A stretch of DNA of 64,000 bases from the NCBI GenBank assembly GCA_964016885.1, contig OZ024741.1, forward strand, positions 270,878,001 through 270,942,000, read 5' to 3'. Below, piece by piece: positions 57,727-64,000 of this stretch. Below the pieces are notes generated by a model. The model worked only from the letters and a program-made list of their open reading frames with translations. It was not told where the DNA came from and ran no database searches. The DNA is from Eledone cirrhosa (Eukaryota). Each line of letters begins with the position of its first letter. Position 1 is the stretch's first letter. Position numbers and translations under genes: made by a program.

Positions 57727-58519
57727 CCCTTCATCACTAGCAGAGTTAATAACTCACTCAACTTGATCAACTTTGTCCTTATTCAGGTTACTCTGCTCTT
57801 GAAGTACTCTCCTCTATTGCTAATTAAGTCACCAAAGTAAGAGAGGCTGTGAATTATTTCTATGGAGCCTCTCTTGGATTGTGAAAAGTTGATTTCATTG
57901 AAACTCTTCCTGCAAACTACACCTTTACATCTGTCTCATACTAAAATTTAATATCTTTCTTAGCCTACCTGCAATTTCACGTCCACTCTTCAGATAAAAC
58001 TTTTCATAATCTGACCCAGAACCACCACCACCATAAAGGGAGATTTGTTGTTGAAATTGTGAGGATAGTCTTAACTGATTGAATTCTCCCACCTACCACA
58101 TACAGAATGTAAGGCTCTATTTTTATGTAAAAACTTCATGCAGAACAGTTCCCAAGTTCACAAATACATTTCCACCTTACCCTTTATGGACTACCATAAT
58201 CAATGCAACATTATTCTTCTTTTCCCTCTATCTATTTGGCTATATTCTAATCACAACAACTTGCTGAGGGAATATACTTCACTAAAGAGATCTAAGAAAG
58301 AGTGAACATGTTCGTTACCTCAACTTGGCTTATAGACAACGTTCACTCAAACTGCATTTTCTTAAATTGTGCCAAATAACTAGCTCAGACTGTAGGAGTT
58401 CAAACCTTTGGTTACTTCTTATTATCTGGACGCCCTAAAGAGATATTCTGACTAGAAATTGCTATAGGATCCTATAGGTCAAGTTTTTACCACTTGACAT
58501 ATTCAAACTGCAAGACACT

Positions 58520-59545
58520 CTTTATATGAATGTTATCTCTTTCTCTTAATTTCGAGTATATATTTTGACCGGCCACCTTCCTGGTGGCAAGGTTGTAAAA
58601 GAAAAGAAATTGTCATCCCTTGAATCGCAAGAATGTTTTGCAAATTTTGAAGGTGCCAGCTATCGCAGCCATTTGTAGACTATGAATTGGGGAGCTGCGC
58701 TCTTTGTCCGCAAATCCAAGTTCAGTTATACATTGGTCCAAGCGGGTTGGTATATAACCCGTAGTTCCAATAATGATGGGTATGAAGCTAAAGGTGTATC
58801 TTGGATACTGGATTTGTAAACTCCTCATCAATGGTCCGTAGATGTCCTTCTTCTCCTGTATTTTTCTGACAACGTTTACATCAAGTGGGCAGCTGATCTC
58901 CACAACAGAACACGTTTTCAATGTGTGGTCCCAAACAACAATATCAGGTCGGCTATGCTTTAATTTGGTGGCCGTTTTTATTTTCAGGTTCCACCAGTAT
59001 TCCTTAGTGCCATCTGTCTCAATATATTCTTCCTCGTTTGTTTTTAATTTTGTTTTCCGAAGTGCGTTCCAGATGGTTCTAGCTATCCCATCGTGTCTCA
59101 TGGGGAGGTAGTAGCGAGATGACATTCTTTCGCAGCTGGCAACAATGTGGCTTACATATTCGATCTTTGTTTTACATAGCCTACATTTATTGTCAGCTGA
59201 TGGCCCTCCTCTTTTGTGCAGCAGATATTTGGTAGGGATTTCTTGTTCCTGTATTGCATAGAGATATCCCTCAAGGTGTGATGTCATAAACTTGTCGGAA
59301 CTCCATGCCAGGATTTTTGAGTGGTTTATCCCCTCTATGGTCTGTGTTTTACGTCTCAAGTATCCATGCACAACTTTTTCTGTAAATTGGTCAATTTTTT
59401 CATCTTGTTTGAACATTGAATAGGATCTCCGATTTCTCTCCTCCAGATCAGTGGCTATCCTAATGATATTTTTTTCTTCATGCTCATAAACCTGGGCAAG
59501 ATGGTTGCCAACCTTTTTCCTCTGTTGAAGATGTTGCTTCAGTGT
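58520..59545 (-). mobile_element. 3' fragment of an RLE-type non-LTR retrotransposon (R4/Dong-like)
   Basis: ORF 58613-59416: AIQEQ, CRLC..HIVASC zinc knuckle, RHD, RPDIVV..VVEISCP..K..Y restriction-like endonuclease. Confidence 0.9.
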
Positions 59546-60687
59546 TACTATCCGGGTCTCATATGATGTTAATATGGATTTTATGTATGTATGTATGTAT
59601 GTATGTATGTATGTATGTATGTATGTATGTATGTATGTATGTATGTATGTATGTATGTATGTATGTCAGGTCACCAGTTGGTGCTACTGGTAACATGTAT
59701 CCCAGTACAACCTGTCTTATGGTTGGGTCGTTGGCGACTAAACTGGCAAGCCCACCAAGGTTTCTTGGTGAGGAGGGTGACTTTGGACATCCTGCAGGAC
59801 TAAAAACAAAACCTGTCAAAGGGCAAAGGAGCTCTTAAGAGTCAATGGCCATCCAAAATCACCGGGAGAGATGACTCCTTAGCCTTTGTCAAGGTAGAAT
59901 TCTAGGAGAAGGAAAACTCTGATATAACACCTGCAACCCTGATGGTATCCAATGATGTTGACTTGTTCTTCTTTTTGGTAAATATCATCTTGGTTAAGAG
60001 AGTGGGACTGGCTTTGTGCAGTGCCTTTACTCACTATAAAAGCTTCACGGCACAGACATTGCTTTATATCTGGAGATCTCTCTGCACTTGTCGTCACATG
60101 GTACCATGGGCCCAGCACTATGTGTCAATAATTGTCACAAGTGTAGTGTTTGTACCAGAGTTTTCAAGTCGCTGGCTGGACTAAAAAGTCACACTCGTTC
60201 AGCGCATCGGTAGGGGTTCTCCTACATGGATATAAAGTAGTGGCCGTACTCGAAAACGAGTTGGCAGCCACCATGTATGTATGTATGTATGTATGTATGT
60301 ATGTATGTATGTATGTATGTATGTATGTATGTATGTGTGTGTGTGTGTGTGTGTATGTGTGTTTGTAAGTATGTACGTACGAATGTATGTACGTGTGCAT
60401 GTATATGTGTATGTATTATATGATACAGATATATCTTATATATATATAGTACGTATATATATATATAAGTTTCTACTTTTGGCATAGTTACCCCAGTGCA
60501 TTGCTAGTGCTTTATTTTATCGACCCCGCAAGCATGAAAGGCAAAGTTAACCTCGGTGTGATTTGAACTCAGAACGTAAAGGGCCATAACTCTAGACTGC
60601 AAAATACACACACACACACACACACATACACACACACAAACGCACATACACACACATACACAAATATATATAGTATAATATAATATA

Positions 60688-61741
60688 TCTACTATATAAA
60701 TTTGATGTGGTCGGACGTTGTATGTGTAAGTGTAGTCGGATAAACGTCGAATCCGCTTGGTGGAATGCAGCGAAAATTTACACAGTTATGCAGAATGACC
60801 CAAGGACGCGTTGGGTCGACTTTCAAGCTACAAGCTTCCATGGTTACGGAGAAAATCGAGGAAACAAGAATTTTCCATTCAAATTGAACTGAGAGTAATC
60901 TGTGAACGCAGAAGTAAATATTTCGAGAAACGTTGCAACCGAAGGAAAACAGGAAGACGATATTTTGGTTCGTGAAGACGTTCCCTGGCAATGAACGTAA
61001 AAAAGCGAGGATAATACGTCGTTATGTGGAGCGAGAAGAACAATTTCACGCAAAGACAAGACCAAGTTTATGGTATAAACGGAGTCGTTAGACTTATATT
61101 CTATTTAAAATAACAGAATGATTTCCGGCCCCGGAGTTTAAGAATGATGTAAATAAAATTGAAAACGAAAATGACAGAGGTTATTAAAATAGTAAAAGTA
61201 AATAGTGAAGGTTTAGGCCAGTACATATGTATGCCTTGACGGACATACACATACATACCCACACACAAATTCTTACCCCACTACCCCCCCCCCCCCACAC
61301 ACACACACACGCGCGCGTGTGTATAAACCTTATGCATTTCTACAGTATTTTCACCAAACTTAAGACATAGGTTACTTATGTACTCCGGATGGTCATGGGC
61401 ACAGACATTTTTCAAGATATTGATTATAGGGCCCCTCCCCCCCCCGGCAGATAACCCCTTTAACCACTTCCTTGGAGTCAACTGAAGCACGGCATAACTT
61501 TTGGAGTTCGCAACCGATTTTCACAAAACTTGACACATGGGCTACGTTTGTCCTACAGATGAATGTGAACTCTCAGATTTTGCACATATTGGGTAGGGGA
61601 CCCCTGGGGGCAGGAACCCCCTTTTGGAAAAAGCCGATGATTTTGTAAAAGTATAGTTTTCGAAGCAGCACTGAAGTATTGACATAAATGGTATACACAA
61701 CTGCTGTTTAATACCCGAGCAACGCCTGGTACCTTTGCTAG
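60688..61741 (+). mobile_element. Non-autonomous Helitron
   Basis: A|TC start, TACCCGAGCAACGCCTGGTA hairpin, CTAG|T end; shares its 3' part with 26120-27067. Confidence 0.8.
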
Positions 61742-61849
61742 TATATATATAAAAGCAGAAGAACTGCGAAACCGGTAAAGGAACCAAATAAATATATATA
61801 TTTTTTTAAAAGATGAAACCAGAAATGCAACTGGAGTCTTTTTTTTTTT

Positions 61850-63715
61850 AAATATATATTTATTTGGTTCCTTTACCGGTTTCGAACTTCTTCTGCTTTT
61901 CAAAAGTAGAATTGAGATGGAGGGCCTGTGGTTTTTTTCACATCTGGTTGGTCTTTGAATGTTACTTCTGTTTTATAGGGAAAAAAGTGGCTTGAAATGC
62001 CAGGTTTTTAGAGAAGTGATTTGGTTGGTTGGTGAATAAGTATAATAAATTTCGCGCCAGTTCGCGTTACAAAGTTCTTCAAACAAGGAGGGGGGGGCAG
62101 GTATTTTTCATATTTGAGTGAAGTTTGGTTGGTTGATGAAGTCACGTGAATATGCATATCAGCTTTCGCGCCAGTTTGTGTTTGAATTTCTTTTTACTTA
62201 AAAAAAGGTTTTTTTTTGGCTCACGAAGGCTTTTTTTTTAAAAATGTAATTTTATTGGTTATAAATGAAATTATGACTGTCACGTGAAGAAATACATTAA
62301 ATTTCGCGCCCGTATTTTTGAATTTTTTTATAGCCAATTAGAGAATTTTGTGCCAAACAAAAGATAATTGTTTCTACTTTGGGCACAAGGCCAGCAATTA
62401 TCCCAGTGTATTACTGGTACTTTATTTTATCGACACCGTAAGGATGAAAGGCAAAGTTAACCTCGGCGAGATTTGAAGTCAGACCATAAAGGGCCGTAAC
62501 TCTTGGCTGGAAAACATGGCGTCCGACCCTCTGTCGATACTGCCAATCCACAATGGTCAAGAAAAAGGGATGGAGAGAGTTGTTCTGAGTATGACTGATG
62601 TGCTGAAATGTAATTTGATTGGTTATAAATGAAATTATGACTATCACGTGAACAAGTACATTAAATTTCGCGCCCGAATTTGGGAATTTATTTTGTTGCC
62701 TTTTAGAGAATTTTGTGTCAAACAAAAGATAATGGACAAGAGAAATGGGATGGGGAGAATTGTTCTGGTTCAGTGAATATGGCTGGTCCGCTGGGGGTGT
62801 CAGAATTCAGATTTTCTATTGAATAAAGAAAGTAGGGATATGTATGTTTATTCGTGTGCATGTGTGTGTGTGTGTGTATGTAGGAAGATGATTCTATTAG
62901 TAGAAGTGGGGGAGGGAGTTGTGTGTGTATGGGTGTTATGTGTGTGTGTGTATGTGTGTGTGGGAGTATGGTTAGCATGTTAAGATGGAGAGAATATATA
63001 TATTTTGAGTGTGTAGGAAAATGATTCTATTAGTAGAAATGGGGGAGGGAGTTGTGTGTGTGTCTGGGTGTTATGTGTGTGTTTATATTTGTCTGTTTGG
63101 ATGGTTAGCATGTTATGGTGTTGACATAATGTATATTAAACTATATTTAATGCTGGTGTATATTTTTGAATAAACATACTTTTCTTATTTATTCGTATTT
63201 GTTCTGTTGTATTGTCAGCGCAAAGATAAAATGGGAAGACTTGGAATTTTGGTGTCTTATTACTTGCGCATATGTCTAGATGTGCACTTAGTGGTATCTG
63301 TCTCGTGGTTGGATCTCGTAATTGTTGGCGATGAACTGTCATTCTGTTTCTGAGTGTGAGTTTAGTTTGTCCTATATAATCTTCATTGCATCCTTTACAT
63401 TTAATGGCATGAAGTAGATTTTTTGATGAGCAAGTGAAGTGATTTTTTACAGCAAAGTTTTGTCCTGATTGAAATGTATACGCGTTGCCTTTAATGAGGT
63501 GAGTGCAGATTCCACAATTAGAGCGACCACATTTTTTGACAGTTGGTTGTGGGTTTGTGGTAGGTAATTTGGCATTGGTGAGTAATGTTTTTAGTGATTT
63601 CGGTTGTCTTTTGCTTTTGATTATTTTGTGTGTTTCAAGGGCTTTTTTTCCATTCTTGGGTCTTGTTTCAATAGTGTGATGTTCTTGTGAATAGTGTTGT
63701 GAATATTATTGTGTC
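61850..63715 (-). mobile_element. Penelope-like element (Neptune-like) GIY-YIG end and probable 3' UTR
   Basis: Reverse translation CGRSNCGICTHL..HFTCSSKNLLHAIKCKGCNEDYIGQT..RMTVHRQQ..TPALN. Assigning the UTR down to 61850 is inference. Confidence 0.8.
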
Positions 63716-63717
63716 TT

Positions 63718-64000
63718 TCGATGTAGTGAATCTCTACACAACGATCCCACACCAATACGGACTAGAAGCAATAGGATTCTGGCTAGAGAAATATCCCAAT
63801 GAGATACCTGACAGAATAGAAAAAAAGCTTCATCACCCAGGGATTAAAATTTATTTTACAGAACAACTTTTACAGAACAACTTTTTTTATTTCAATGGCA
63901 GTACTTACAAGCAAATAAAGGGGACTGCGATGGGTACAAAAGCCGCTCCAACTTATGCCAACTTAGTCATGGCAAACTTGAAAGTCCAGATATATGAACA
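63718..64000 (+). pseudogene. Penelope-like RT fragment inverted relative to the adjacent EN
   Basis: FDVVNLYTTIPHQYGL..QNNFFYFNG..QIKGTAMGTKAAPTYANLVM; frameshifts. Confidence 0.9.

Noticed and set aside
57455-57766. ORF with FDPLSLPSHLT repeats
   Set aside because: 33-bp minisatellite plus (GA)n; no coding evidence.

Overview
AT-rich eukaryotic (animal) intergenic DNA. I found no host gene, rRNA, intact tRNA or CRISPR array. The tRNA-type SINE family and dense (TA)n/(CA)n/(GA)n runs resemble octopod cephalopod DNA (inference). The first 10 kb is a 49-bp satellite array. The rest is a graveyard of mobile elements: at least three lineages of Penelope-like retroelements (PLEs; RT plus GIY-YIG), RTE-like and R4/Dong-like LINE fragments, SINEs, non-autonomous Helitrons and MITEs. 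The main hidden signal is about 18 hammerhead ribozyme (HHR) motifs with complete CUGANGA (one CCGANGA) / GAAA / UH cores and pairable stems I-III, plus about 7 degenerate ones, from several unrelated sequence families. Some lie in PLE 3' UTRs, which is known biology. Many lie in short non-coding elements embedded in (TA)n, either as head-to-head palindromes or as circularly permuted 1.1-1.3-mers of a 430-470-nt unit (retrozyme-like). One HHR subclass shares a C.C mismatch at pair 4 of stem II and an AUAUAUAU stem III despite covarying stems. Coordinates were read by eye: about +/-5 nt for motifs and +/-30 nt for element ends. Most ORFs in the supplied track are microsatellite artefacts.
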